64,000 bases of DNA from Paraspadella gotoi (lineage: Eukaryota; Animalia; Chaetognatha). The translations under genes and the position numbers were made by a program. Below, in pieces: positions 1 through 14,625 of the stretch; the first letter of the stretch is position 1; each line of letters starts with the position of its first letter. The stretch spans positions 15,623,845 through 15,687,844 of the forward strand of contig CM119270.1 in NCBI GenBank assembly GCA_051294375.1, written 5' to 3'. The notes under the pieces are model-generated. The model ran no database searches and was not told the DNA's origin. It worked only from the letters and a program-made list of their open reading frames with translations.

Positions 1-1292
1 CTATTTTCTTCGGGCCGCCGGTTGAGGTCGCGGGTCGCGAAGATGGTGACCTCTCGCTCGCCTCTTCTCCTTCTTCCTCGCTCCATTCTCCTTCTTCCTC
101 CCTCCCCTTTTTCTCTCCTCCGTTTCCTCTGCTGACTCGGCCGTCCCTCTCCAGAAGACAAAGGGCAGTTCTGGTGAAAATGGACGGAGCTGCCTTGTTT
201 TTCAATGGGATAAGTTATTTCTCGGTCGTTGTAGGTGCGGGCGTCGCCGCCGCCGCCGCCGCCGACGGCGCAACCGACGCCCACTTTGCTTTGGTCGTTT
301 GACGCGGCGTCGCGGTGAGGCATTACGGCGTCGCGAGAGTTTTTGACTGTCATTTTCGCTGCTGCCGCCACTGCCGCAGCCGCAGCCGCAGCCGCCGTCA
401 AGCCCGGGCGTTCGCCGCGCCCTTTCCATTCTCTCTCCCATTTTCGTTTCCTCTCTGTTTTTTCGTTTTCGCCCGGGGGAGACATTCTGACTCTATGGTG
501 TTTGCCGGCGCCGATCAAAAGGCTCAAGGCGGCCCTCGAATCGCCGCCCATCGCGTTGGGCCACATCGGGCTCTGACCCATCGGGCACGGCCCCAGCGGG
601 CTCGGCGGCTTCGAAGCGGTCAGGATATCTATCCCGATATCGCGGCGCAATTCTTCCATCAGCCTCGTCAATGATATCCTAGCCAATTCCAACAGCAACA
701 GCGTGTCGATCAAGTTTGAATGAGCTTGGAAACTCACCCCCGCTCCCGCCGTTGGTGGAGATTCTGGCATCGATGAAGGCGTCGATGAATTCTGCAACGC
801 AATAACTGGCGTCGATGTCGCGGAACAGGGGAGAATCAACGACGAAGACGACGACGACGATGATGCCGACGACGAATCCCCGGATTTCATTTTCGTTCTT
901 AGCGCGGATTCCGTCGTCCCTTTTATCCCAGATGTCGTTGTCTTCGCAGTCGCTTTCGTTTTCCGCACAAATCGGGTTTTATCTTTTTTCCTCGATTTTT
1001 TCGCAGCGAAATGTTTTGTCTGTATTTTCAATCGATGCGTCGGATTCGCCGTTGCTCCTTTCAAAGTTTTTCCTTTCGCCGATTTGGACGAGATGAGAAG
1101 CGGATCGCCGCGGGACGGCGAGGAAATCCCCGTCGTCCATGGGGATTTCGAAGACGAAAGTCTAATCGTAGATTCGATGTTTACGCGCGAATTACGAGAG
1201 GTAGTTTCCGGTGGCAGAGGAGCGAGCGACGACGATGGCGACGATGAGAACGACGATGACGACGAACTCGGGCCGGAGGAAATCTCGGTCGT
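1..1292 (-). CDS. Large internal exon of an unidentified low-complexity (Ser/Ala/Gly/Arg-rich) protein; runs off the left edge
   Basis: Acceptor tcttttag|ACG at 1293-1294. Hand translation in phase 0 gives ~430 codons with no stop to position 1 (TTEISSGPSSSSSSFSS...LIDTLLLLELARISLTRLMEELRRDIG...RPEEN). Phase matches the 1542 donor. It is missing from the ORF track because its stop lies outside the window. Confidence 0.7.
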
Positions 1293-1541
1293 CTAAAAGA
1301 AAGTTAAAGGAAGATACGAAGATGAGTCAAAAAATCCGATAACTTACGAAATTGCTACGACCAATATAAAATTATCCGTACATTCAATGAATAACTTTGG
1401 ACAGATTTCTAAAAAGACGACAACCACCATAACGCTTTACTTCGTGCTCGCACACACAGATCACTCTCACTCACGCACACACACACACACACAAAAGATT
1501 TCTAAAAATCTCGTTTGAAAAAACAAAAAACCGTCGCTTAC

Positions 1542-1977
1542 CGTAAAATCGATTTTTCCGATTTCCCAGTTTACGGTTTCCTCGCGAGAAGTAAGAGACT
1601 CGACTTCCAGGATGCCAGTTCCCCGTCTGCCCGCTCCTGGGCTCTCAAATGCCCGCCTGTCCGCTCCCGGGCTCTCAAATGCCCGGATGTCCGCTCCCGG
1701 GCTATCGAACGCCCTTCTCTCTGTTTCTGGGCTATCGAACGCCCGCAGGTCGGCTGCGCAACATTCCGATTCCAAGCGACGCAAAAGTCTTCGCAACATT
1801 TCGCGTTTTCGTCGTAATCTTTGTTGTCGTTGTCGCTGGCGCCGTTGAAGCTGCTGTAGCTGTTGTTGTTGTAGTTGCTGCTGCTGCTGAGGCGGCCCCG
1901 CGGAAGCGAGCGCGCTCGTCTCGGCCGGAGGCTCCATGTCAGACTCCAGTGGAGGCCTGATTGATTCCGCGAGGCGC
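1542..1977 (-). CDS. Exon of the same unidentified gene: polyQ, Arg-rich stretch and 10-aa RAF(D/E)SPGAD repeats
   Basis: Acceptor aatctcccag| and donor ACG|gtaagc. 436 nt, phase 2 in and phase 0 out, open (RLAESIRPPLESDMEPPAE...GKIDFT). Overlaps ORF 1467..1937. Confidence 0.7.
1620..1750 (-). repeat. Coding 30-nt tandem repeat, ~4.5 copies
   Basis: Units of type gcccgcctgtccgctcccgggctctcaaat; translate as RAFDSPETER/RAFDSPGADI/RAFESPGADR/RAFESPGAGR. Confidence 0.85.
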
Positions 1978-2342
1978 CTGGGAGATTAAAAAAGCCCGTT
2001 GTATTAAATTGATTCATTTCTCCCACTGAATATATTTTTCTCCGTTTCATATTCGTCATAATTTTCTTTTGAGATCATATATATTCCTCAGAGTTTTTAT
2101 ATTCTAGATCAATCATAACTTTTTATTTTCTCAATTTCATATTTCCTCTTACAGAAATGACGCTTATCCCGTGAGGATGTGATAAGCGATTCCACTCGCA
2201 GAGTCATTCGTGAGAAATTTTTTCTATAAAATAAAACGATCCAAACGTTTTTCCTCAGCTTTGGCAATTAATACATAAATTGCTTCTTCAATTTATCAAA
2301 AAATGGGGCTTCTCCAGTAATTTTTCGCCTCGATAGCCACGC

Positions 2343-2378
<36 letters not shown>

Positions 2379-2401
2379 ACTCTCCATTGGATAAGACTTA
2401 C

Positions 2402-2467
2402 CAAAAATCGTTGAAGAGAGTCTTTGGCCTTTGCCTCTTGTGGAACCATAATCCATGGGAACAACAG
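2402..2467 (-). CDS. Candidate 66-nt upstream exon of the left-edge gene
   Basis: Polypyrimidine tract plus tttccag acceptor; strong TTG|gtaagt donor. Open in phase 2-2, giving CCSHGLWFHKRQRPKTLFNDFW joined in frame to RLAESIRPP. Confidence 0.5.
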
Positions 2468-2646
2468 CTGGAAAGGAGAGAGAGAGAGAGAGAAGCCAAG
2501 TGTCAATGATTAGAGGAACGAGGACCAGAGATAAGGAGACGAACGAAAGAACAAGAGACGAGAATAATAAATGCGAAGAAAAGAACAAGAAAAGACTTGA
2601 GGAAGTTGGGGGAGACCAAAAAACGACGAGGAATAAAATGGAGATG

Positions 2647-2708
<62 letters not shown>

Positions 2709-3302
2709 CAAAGAGAGAGTCAGAGATGGAAATGCTAATGGAGAGAGACAAGGATGAAGAAGGGCAAAGCAAAGAAACCTAACGAGGCCAATGAATACGA
2801 CAGGGAAAGAATTTTTCCCCATTTTATTTTATATTTCTCTTTTCTTTTATTGTAAGGATTAGGGTCACATTAGGGAAAATACTTGCTTCAAAGTTTGGGG
2901 GGGGCTAGTGGTCTCATTGTGTAAAGATATTTTAAGCATATTAATTATTTCAAGTTTTCATAATTGTGTAATGGGTAATCTCCTTTCATAAGTACATTAG
3001 CCGAAACATATCCCAATTATATTTTATTGATAAAAATAAAATCTTTGCCGTTGTCAACTATACAAACTTTCGTTGTTCAAACTTTTTTTTTTAAAAATCT
3101 TTATCTTTCTTTTTAAAACTGTAATTTAGTTTCTTTTAAGACAAAATTCTTAAAGGTAATTATGCATATATATTTTTGTATTTATATATATATAAATTAA
3201 AAAAGAAGAAAATAATTTAAAAGAAAAAAATCAAGGACAAAACGTTAAAAAAAAACGAAATAAAGAACGAGGAGGGAATAAAAAACGTTGAAAAAAAAAA
3301 AG

Positions 3303-3333
<31 letters not shown>

Positions 3334-3401
3334 ATCGAACTCAAGTAAAAAGAGAAGCGAGGGGATAGTAGCGCGGAAACGGACGTGGCTAAAAAAATAG
3401 A

Positions 3402-3457
<56 letters not shown>

Positions 3458-3459
3458 GA

Positions 3460-3501
<42 letters not shown>

Positions 3502-3843
3502 GGCGAAGCTCATCGCGAATACAAATCGGGGTTTTAAAAAGTTGAGGGGATTCGACGAATGCGGACGAATCGAGTTGGATTTTGGGTCGAGAGATGGCGA
3601 CCGGATTGCAAGCAGATTGCAAGCAGATTGCGAAGCGGATTGCGCCTTCTGCTTTTCTTTTTTTTTTTCCTTCAAAAGGGCAATTTTTTTTGGTTAGTTT
3701 GAAATTCCGTTTTCGCAGTTTTGGCGGCGCGTTGGGAGGCGGGGCCACGTAAAGTGTTTTTGTTTTTAGTGGAACAAGAGTCTGAAGAAGAAATTCCTCT
3801 CTCTCTCTCTCCTCTCTCTCCTCTCTCTCTCTCTCTCTTCTCT

Positions 3844-3880
<37 letters not shown>

Positions 3881-4121
3881 CGTGTCTCTCTCTCTCTTCG
3901 CAGCGAGTAAACAACGACCATTTTAAAACTTGCCACTTTTCTTTTCTTTTCTTTTTTTCGATACATTTTTGACAATATCTGTGGTCACATTGTCTCTTTA
4001 ACGTTTAACCGAAATCAACAGAAAACAGGAAATATTTACATATTTATTTTCCATACAAACAAACAAACAAAAAAATTATCCTTGAAATCCCTCTTCCTTC
4101 TAAAAAGCGCAATGCATATCT

Positions 4122-4205
<84 letters not shown>

Positions 4206-4614
4206 TCCGCCCCGCCATCTAGGACTACTATCGATGATAGTCTATCATAACTTCATGACTAAGACTATGAGCTAAAAAGGAGTTGTTTTTTTTTTTCCTT
4301 TCCTTTTATGGGTTTCGTGCGTTTTATCTCCGAAGCAGAAACCCGACGTCGGATCCTCTTTCCTCGTCAAATTCCACTTTAGCCCCGAAAACCGCCGACG
4401 AATTAAGACATAAACAAACAAATGTACTCGACTCCTTATTTCGGAGGAGTTGTTCGCGAGGAACCGCTCCTTCATAAAATGTTGGGCGGAGTCGTTTTTA
4501 TATCAACGCCGTCCCGGGGGCGAAGGGTTTCAAAAACTTCTTTCAATCCCCGTTCGATTTTAGGTTTGAGAGAAAAGACTTTAATTTCAATCGCTTCTCT
4601 TTAGTCTTCTTTAA

Positions 4615-5150
4615 TCGCTTTGATTGATTGTCCTCTTTTGGATAGATTCTTTGTCCTCTTTTGGATAGATTCCTTCTCCTATTTTTGATTGATTCTTTAT
4701 TCTCTTTTTGATTGATTCTTTGTCATCTTTTTGATTGATTCCTTGTCCTCTTTTTGATTGCTTCCTTATCCTCTTTTTTATTGATTCTTTGTCTTCTTTT
4801 TGATTGATTCTTTGTCCTCTTTTTGATTGATTCCTTGTCCTCTTTTTGATTGATTCTTTATTCTCTTTTTTATTGATTCTTAGTCCTCTTTTTGATTGAT
4901 TCTTTATCCTCTTTTTTATTGATTCTTAGTCCTCTTTTTGATTGATTCTCTTTCATCTTTTTGATTGATTCTTTGTCCCCTTTTTGATTGATTCTTTATC
5001 CTCTTTTTTATTGATTCTTAGTCCTCTTTTTGATTGATTCTCTTTCATCTTTTTGATTGATTTTTGTCCCCTTTTTGATTGATTCTTTATCCTCTTTTTG
5101 ATTGATTCTTAGTCCTCTTTTTGATTGATTCTTTGTCCTCTTTTTGATTG
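4615..5150. repeat. 23-bp minisatellite, about 22 copies
   Basis: Unit tttttgattgattctttgtcctc with point variants. Confidence 0.95.
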
Positions 5151-5382
5151 TTTCTAATTCTTCATTTTGAATATAACTGTAAGCGTCTTTTTACTTTTTA
5201 TTTTCGTTTAGAATTGGATGACTGCACCTTTTTTTCTTCTGGTTTCTTATTGGGTTTTTTTTTTTTTTTTTTTTTGGAAGCTGTGGTGTTTTTTTTCTTG
5301 CACATGCGAATTTTGAATTGGAGAGAATTTATCTCTTATCTATATCTCTTTGCTCAGCCACCTTCTTTTCTCACCCGCTATG

Positions 5383-5463
<81 letters not shown>

Positions 5464-5556
5464 GTATAACGTTTAAGATTTTCTACCCCTCTTCTCAACG
5501 TCACACTTGCTGTCTAAATTCTCTCTTTATCTTTTTTCCTTGGCTCCACTCCCTAT

Positions 5557-5625
<69 letters not shown>

Positions 5626-5795
5626 ATTTCCTCCCCCATTGGCCTGAGAATGACGGATTCTGCAGCTGCCATGCTATCAGGAATCTCTGAAAGGGACTCC
5701 GACTGGTTTTGACCGAACATGAAATCCGGGTTTTTAGAGTGAGTAGAGAGACGAATGTACTAGAGCCCCTAGGGATGTTATTTTTTTTAAAGAGA

Positions 5796-5843
<48 letters not shown>

Positions 5844-5967
5844 CAGAACCTAAATCAGGAACGTGTTGCCGCAGTTAATTTTATCCCACAGTAAAACGTT
5901 TTATAGCCGGATTAATTTTTCGGCTCCGCGTAAATTAGCTTTTGAAAAAGACAGCGATGCTCTTTTT

Positions 5968-6332
5968 TTTCGTTGCAACAAATTTTGGGAATCGCAGCGA
6001 AATTTGTTGACACTCTCCGATTTAAAGCTTTTATCTTAAAAGGGTACGAACAGTTTACGTGGTTACTTTAAAAAAAATTCTTATTTTGCCTAGTTTGTAT
6101 ATCATTTGACTTGTACTAGAATATAGAAATTCTTATCGATTAATCCAACTTGTTAATCGAAATTAACCCAAGTATTATTAGGTTCTGGTACAGAAACTGC
6201 CAGAAGGCCCCATCGACGCGCTCGGCATAAAATCAATCCACTTCTCTACGCCGAGAGTTTCTGATTGTTTTTTTCCGATTTTTTCGCTGATTTGTCGTTT
6301 TTTTTTTTCTCCCTCTCTCTCTTCTCTCTCTG

Positions 6333-6363
<31 letters not shown>

Positions 6364-8941
6364 TGACGGAACAATACAGCGAGAAGGAGAGAATAAGAAA
6401 GCTCCCGGTCTCAAAGGGACCAGGGAGGCGTTTTAGTGTAGCTTATACATTATGCAGCGAAAGAGAAATATTTTAGCAATAAAGAATTGCGATTATAAGA
6501 TTTTCAAACTTGAAGCGAATCAATTTTTCTTTTCCTCTCAACCGAGAAATAAAAGGAGAGAAAATTGAAATCTAGGCAATGAGCCTGAATCGAGACTCGT
6601 TTGGAAAACTTAGCTGTTAGTTAGTTTTAATATCTTCATCAATAATTTTTCGCAACCTCCTTTAAAACTAAAATTATTATTTAGCTTTCACTGAATCTCC
6701 TTTTTACAGAATGAAGACTAAAGTGAATAATCATATTTGAATATAAATATACAACAAATTAAATATTTCTTTCCCTTTTGATTAAAAAAAACCGGGAGAG
6801 TCTTCGTATGTTAACGGTCGACTTCCCGGGGTCAACGACCGGAGTTAAGTACGTTCACCGAGCACCGACGCCTGTTAGCGCCTGATAGCGGCCAGGGGCA
6901 TCGAAACCTTTGCCTGCCTCCTCCTTTGCCCGACTAAGCTGTAGCAATCATATCGGGGTCCCGCTCGTTATTCCGAGCAAGCTGCTTTCTTCTGCTCGAA
7001 GTGGCAGGGCTTTTTTGCTGGAGAAACAACGACGATCAAGAAGACGACGACAACAACGACAACGACAACGATGAGATGAGAGTAGAAACCCGGACGTCGC
7101 TAATTAGTTCCTCTTCTCGTCAGAAACGTATTGCGTTTGAGAAACGAAATTAGCCTTCCTTCTTTTTTTTCCCTTTTTTTTTTGGCTCAAAACTTCGTTC
7201 ATTGTGTAATTTGTTACGGAATGAGAAACAATTTCGTCTTAAGTTGTTGATTGATTTAAACTTTCTCTCTTCTTTTGTTTAGTTTTTGTTATTATTTGTT
7301 TTTCTTTATGTTAGTTTTATGTCCCTTTGATGTGTGACGAGAAAATACGAAAAAGTTTTGTCGTTATTACTTGAGGAGTGACTATTGCATTATGTTCTTG
7401 AAGTTCATAATGTTCATGAACTTCCGGACTCATCAACCATAATACCAGACCGGACATAGGGTTCGGAACCCAAATTATTTTCTGCTTTAAGTACATTGTA
7501 TAGTTTATTTCTTTTGTTGTGTTTGAGATCAGAATAGGTAAGTAAATATTTAATTTATTTGCAACAACGACAGAGTTTTTAATTCGTACATGTTTCGGAT
7601 TTTAACGTACAAGCCTTCGTCAGCGCTTTGACAGTTTTTTAAGTACAAAAGTGAAAATACAACAACGACAACAACAACAACAGCAACTGCAGTGTGAGCA
7701 GCAGCAACAACGAGGACTTCAGAACAACGACTCAAGAGTTTCGCTTTTCCCCAACAACTACAACGACATCTAGGACGGCGTCATTTCGCCAAACGCGACA
7801 AGTGACGCCGCCGAATTGGCGCATTTCTAGCCGGTTGGCGGGCCGCCGGGCGCTACAGAGGGCGCCGGGTTTGACGCGCGTCTGATTGACGCCAGGCGCC
7901 GGATCCGACCCAGATTTTTGTCGGCTTATCGGCGTCGGTCCGGCGTCGGTTGGCCAAAATTAAACCAAGAGGCGAACGCCAATATTCCGCGCTGGCGTGG
8001 CAGGAGCGTGTCCTCCTCAGGGGAGGTATACGTGGGCGACTGATAAATTTATTGGCATCGAAAGTTGAAAGCAACCGGCGACGACGCCGTCATTGGCAGC
8101 GGGTCTCGTCGACACCCGGCGAGCCTGGCGCTCATTAAAGGCGAGGAAAATCTCCGGCGTCAATCTCGACTGGAATAATCAAAAGCGGCGCCGCGGGGAA
8201 TCCAGAAGGGATCCTCGCTACATGACGCCACTTTAGGGCATAGTGCCATTTCAATCTATGACTCCATATTAGGACATGGTACCATTTAACTCCATGACGC
8301 CACTTTAGGGCATGGTGCCATTTCACTCCACGACGCCACTTCAGAGTTTGGTACCATTTAACTCAATGACGTCACGTTAGGACATGGTTCGATTTCATTC
8401 CAGAATGATGGCGTGATGCATTAAACCCTGTGCTTCCAATTTTAGACAATTCAAGTCAACTGACCATTTTCCTCAATGGCGTCACTTCAAGACTTGACGC
8501 CTTTGCAAAGTCATCTTACCATTTCAAGTCAAGATTTCATTTTAGTTTTAGATACAATTCAACTACAACTACAGTTGAATCTCATGGTTCCTCGCAGAGT
8601 CGGGTTCAGGTTTCGTCGTCGTTTCGGACAAAATAGTTCGCATTTCGTTACAAGAAAAAAAAATGTATATAGAAATAATTTTTGAGTATCACCTGGTTAC
8701 GTTACATTGGAGTAAAATGAGCAAAAAAGTCAACTCGATTGGACAAGAGGATCAACGACGACCTTCGGTTCCTTTTCCGAGAAATTCGCACGTAAGCGCA
8801 CGCATGATTAGAATTTGTGTGTCAAAGTGTGTCGTTCCAGATGGACACGCTACTTGTCGGAGGCATTGAGTAGAAAATCCGTCAATCAACCGTGCATCAT
8901 TGCAGATGGCCGCGCGTTTTCGAGCTTTACGAAAATTCGGC

Positions 8942-8983
<42 letters not shown>

Positions 8984-9411
8984 ATTTCGGTAGTAGATGC
9001 TCATCTGTTTGTGCACCGAGGTAAAACGCGCGCGCCTCGATTTGACCTTTTTTTGGAGATTGGACACGCATGCGAACGTGGGTGCGAATATAGGAAGCGT
9101 GTCAAATCTTTTCGGCGTGTCATCCACGCGCATCCCTACGTACGTGTCAGCCCGCCATCTCAGTGTCAGCCCGCCATCTCGGTCGTTCGTGTGTCGAGCG
9201 GCCAAAAATAAAAAAAAAGAAAGAAAAGGCACCGCTCTCCTTTTTTATCTCCTTTGCTGCTTTCCCTTTTTTTTAAAGTTAAACAGAAGCGCGCGAGAGA
9301 AAGATTCTTTTTTAAAAAAAGCGAGCACGACCCTTCGTTCTTAGTTTTTTCTTCGTCTTTTATTTCCTTTTTTCTTTTTGGTGTTAATCTTTTTTTTTTA
9401 AAAAAAGGGAG

Positions 9412-9466
<55 letters not shown>

Positions 9467-9699
9467 GGAGAAGAGAGAGAGAGAGAGAGAGAGGAGAGGA
9501 GAGGAGAGAGATGGATTTAGTGAGAGAGATTTTTTTGAAATCCGTCCAAGCGGCAAGCCATCTCTTTTCCTCCGCTCAAGAAAAATCGCCCTTGCAGACA
9601 GAAATGTTGTATGAAAAACCACCGGGAGGCGGAGGAGGAGGAAAAGAAAGAAGAAGAAGAAGAGAGAAGGGGAGGAACGGAAAATGCGATTTCCTTCGG

Positions 9700-9766
<67 letters not shown>

Positions 9767-9977
9767 TATTGCGCTCTAAATCGTGGCAGGCGGGATCTTC
9801 GAGCATTTCCTTTCCTTAAAACGTTTTCCTCCTTTTTTCCTCCTGTCTCTCTTTTCTCTCTTTAATTCCTTATTACTTCTTTCCATCAAAAGAAAAGCAC
9901 TTTTTTTTTTTGCTCCAAAGTTATTTCGCATTTGTAGATTTTTTAACAGATGATAGTATAAACAGGAACGTGCAATC

Positions 9978-10055
<78 letters not shown>

Positions 10056-10831
10056 TAGAGATAGAAAAGAAAGTGAAAGAGAGCGACAGAAAGAAAAAAA
10101 AAGTAGCAAGTGTGCGACCCGGTTGCCATCCTCTTCGCCAACCCTCCTCTTCCTCCTCCTGGCTCTCTCCTCCTCTTAGGCGAGCTTTGCTTGAGGTCCG
10201 TCGTGCTAAAAGGGGCGCACCATCTTTCTCTCGGCTTCTCTTCACCTCCGCCGCTGCCACTGTTTCCGATGTTCGCCTCCGACGCGGCGTCCTGCGGTCT
10301 CCTGCCGCCCGCCTGCCGCTGCCTGCCGCTGCAGCCCTCGCCCGCCCGACGTTAACGTTTGAGAGAGCAAATGATAGAAGGGTGAATACTGAACGGAGGG
10401 GCCCGTACCATGAAATCTGTTTTGAAAAAAAAAAAAAGAGAGAGATTTCGTTGGCAACAAATTTTCGGGAATCGCAGCGGAAAATTTGTTGACACCTCCC
10501 GATTTAAAGCTTTTATCTTAAAAGGGTACGAAACAGTTTACGTGGTTACCTTTAAAAAAAATTCTTATTTGCCTAGTTTTGTATCTCATTGACTTGTACT
10601 AGAATATAGAAATTCTTAATCGATTAAATCCCACTTGTTAATCCGAAATTAACCCAAGTATTATAGGTTCTGTACAGAACGCCAGAAGGCGGGCCCAATC
10701 GACCGCGCCTTCGGTCATTAAAAAATCAATCCACTTCTCTACGTCCGAGAAGTTTCTGATTGTTTTTTTTGCGATTTTTCGCTTGCATTGTCGTTTTTTT
10801 TTTTCTCCCTCTCTCTTCTTCTCTCTCTGGA

Positions 10832-10862
<31 letters not shown>

Positions 10863-13800
10863 TGACGGAACAAATACAGCGAGAAGGCAGAGAATAAGAA
10901 GTCCCGGTTCTCCAAGAGGGACAGGGAGGGTTTTTAGTGTAGCCTTGTACATTATGCAGCGAAAGAGAAATATTTTGCATAAAAGAATTGCGATCAGATT
11001 TTCAAACTTGAAGCGATCAATTTTTCTTTTCCTCTCACCGAGAAATAAAAGGGAGAGAATTGAAAATCTAGGCAATGAGCTGATCGAGACTCGTTTGGAA
11101 AACTTAGCTGTTAGTTAGTTTTAAATATCTTCATCAATATTTTTCGGTCAACCTCCTTTAAACTAAATTATTATTTAGCTTTCAACTGAATCTCCATTTT
11201 TACAGAATGAAGACTAAGTTGAATAATATATTGATATAAATATGACACAATTAAATATTTCTTTCCCTTTTTGATTAAAAAAACCGGAGAGTCTTCGTAT
11301 GTTAACGGTCGACTCCCGGGTCAAGACCTGGAGTTAAGTACGTTCACAACCGAGCAGCCGACGCCTGTTAGCGCCTGATGCGGCCAGGGGCATCGAAACC
11401 TTTGCCTAGCCTCCTCCTTTGGCCCCCGACTAAGCTGTAGGCAATCCATATCGGGGTCCCGACTCGTTATTCAGAGCAGCTCTTTCTTTTCTGCTCGAAG
11501 TGGCAGGGCTTTTTTGCTGGGAGACAACAACGACGATCAAGAAAGACGACGACAACAACGACAACGACAACGATGAGATGAGAGTAGAAACCAGGAGTCC
11601 TAATTAGTTCCTCTCTCGTCAGAAAACGTATTGCGTTTTGAGAAACGAAATAGCCTTCCTTCTTTTTTTTCATCCCTTTTTTTTTTTGGCTCAAAACTTT
11701 CGTTCATTGTGTAATTTGTTACGGATGAGAAACAATTTCGTCTTAAGTTGTTGATTGATTTAAACTTTTCTCTTCTTTGTTTAGTTTTGTTATTATTGTT
11801 TTTCTTTATGTTAGTTTTATGTCCCTTTGATGGTGGTGACGAGAAAATACGAAAAGTTTGTCCGTTATTAACTTGGAGGAGTGACTATGCATTATTTCTT
11901 GAAGTTCATAATGTTCATGGAATTCCGACTCATCAACCATAATACCAGAACGGGACATAGGGTTCGGCCAAATTATTTCTGCTTTAAGTACATTGTATAG
12001 TTTATTTCTTTTGTTGGTGTTGAGATCAGAATAGTTAAGTAAATATTTAATTTATTTGCAACAACGACAGATGTTTTTAATTCGTACATGTTTTCGGAAT
12101 TTTTAAACGTACAGCCTTCGTCAGCGCTTTGACAGTTTTTTAAGTAGGCAAAATGAAAATAACAAAACAATCGACAACAACAAACAACAGCAACTGCAGT
12201 GGTGAGCAGCAGCAACAACGAGGACTTCAGAAACAAACGACTCAAGAGTTTTTCGCTTTTCCCCAACAACTAAACGAACCATCTAGGACGGCGTCATTTC
12301 GCCAAACGCGACAAGTGACGCCGCCGATTGGCGCATTTCTAGCCGTTGGCGGGTCCGACGGCGGCTTACAGAGGGCGCCGTGGTTTGACGCGCGTCTGAT
12401 TGACGGCCAGGCGCCGGAATCGCGACCCAGATTTTTGTCGGCTTATGGCGTCGGTCCGGCGTCGGTTGGCCAAAAATTAAACCAAGAGGCGAAACGCCAA
12501 ATCTTCCGCGCCTTGGCGTGGCAGGAGCGTGTCCTCCTCAGGGGAGGTATAGCAGTGGGCGACTGATGAAATTTATTTGGCATCGAGAGGAAGTTGAAAG
12601 CAAACCGGCGAAGCGACGCCGTCATTGGCAGCGGGTCTCGTCGACACCCGGCGAGCGCGGCGCTCATTAAAGCGAGGAAAATCTCACGGGGCGTCCCATA
12701 TCTCGAACTGAATAATCAAAAGCCGGCGGCCGCGGGATCGCAGAAGGGATCCTGCGCTACATGAAGCCACTTTAGGGTCATAGGTGCCATTTCATTTCAA
12801 TCTTTTGACTCCCATATTAGGACATGGTAACCAATTTAACAACCATGACGCCACTTTAGGGCATGGTGGCCATTTCAGCTCCATGAACGCCCTTCAGAGT
12901 TTGGTACCATTTAACTCAATGACGTCAACGTTAGGGACATGGTTAGATTTCATTCAGAATGATGGCGTGATGCAATTAAAACCTGTGCTTCCAATTTTAG
13001 ACAATTCAAGTCAACCGACCAATTTCCTCAATGGCGTCACTTCACAGACTTGACGCCTTTGCAAAGTCAATCTCTTAACCATTTCAAGTCAAGAATTTCA
13101 TTTAGTTTTAGATAACAATTCAACTAACAACTACAGTTGAATCTCATGGTTCTCGCAGAGTCGGGTTCAGGTTTCGTCGTCGCTTCGAGGACAATAGTTT
13201 CCATTTCGTTAACAAGAAAAAAAAATGTATATAAGAAATATTTTTGAGTATCACCTGGTTACGTTACATTGGAGTAAAATGAGCAAAAAAAGTCAACTCG
13301 ATTGGACAAGAGGATCAACGACGACCTTACGTCCCTTTTCCGAGAAATTCGCAGCGTAGCGCACGCAATGATTAGAATTTGTGTTGTCAAAGTGTGTCGT
13401 TCCAGATGGACACGACTACTTGTCGGAAGGCATTTTTGAGTAGAAAAGTCCGTCAATCAAAACCGTGCATCATTGCAGATGGCGCGCGCGTTTTTCCGAG
13501 CTTTACGAAAAATTCGGCGAGAGTGAGAGAGAGAGGAGAGAGAGAGAGAGAGAGAGAGAGCCATTTCGGTAGAGTAGATGCTGCATCTGTTGTTGGGCAC
13601 CTCAGGAACCGAGGGTAAAACGCGCGCCGCCTCGATTTGACCTTTTTTTGGCAGATTGGACACGCATGCGAACGTGGGTGCGAATATAGGAGCGTGTCAA
13701 ATCGTTTTCGGCGTGTCAATCACGCGCACCCTACGTACGTGTCAGCCCGCCATCTCAGTGTCAGCCCCGCCATCTCGGTCGTTCGTAGTGTCGAGCGGCC

Positions 13801-14009
13801 AAAAATAAAAAGAAAGAAAGGCAACCGCTCTCCTTTTTTATCTCCTTTGCTGCTTTCCCTTTTTAAAAAGTTAAACAGAAGCGCGCAGAGAGAAAGATTC
13901 TTTTTTTAAAAAAAGCGAGCACGACCCTTCGTTCCCCTTAGTTTTTTCTTCGTCTTTTATTTCCTTTTTTCCTTTTTGGTGTTAATCTTTTTTTTTTAAA
14001 AAAAGGGAG

Positions 14010-14107
<98 letters not shown>

Positions 14108-14269
14108 GAAATCCGTCCAAGCGCAAGCCATCTCTTTTCCTCCGCTCAAGAAAAATCGCCCTTGAGACAGAAATGTGTAGAAAAACCACCGGGAGGCGGA
14201 GGAGGAGGAAAAGAAAGAAGAAAGAAGAAGAGAGAAGAGGGAGGAAGCGGAAAATGCGATTTCCTTCGG

Positions 14270-14336
<67 letters not shown>

Positions 14337-14547
14337 TATTGCGCTCTAAATCGTGGCAGGCGGGATCTTCGAGCATTTCCTTTCCTTAAAACGTTTTCCT
14401 CCTTTTTTCCTCCTGTCTCTCTTTTCTCTCTTTAATTCCTTATTACTTCTTTCCATCAAAAGAAAAGCACTTTTTTTTTTTGCTCCAAAGTTATTTCGCA
14501 TTTGTAGATTTTTTAACAGATGATAGTATAAACAGGAACGTGCAATC

Positions 14548-14625
<78 letters not shown>

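Noticed and set aside
4615-5150. Regular short repeats resembling a CRISPR array (also 29288-29635 and 33190-33601)
   Set aside because: Head-to-tail units with no unique spacers, no cas genes, eukaryotic context.
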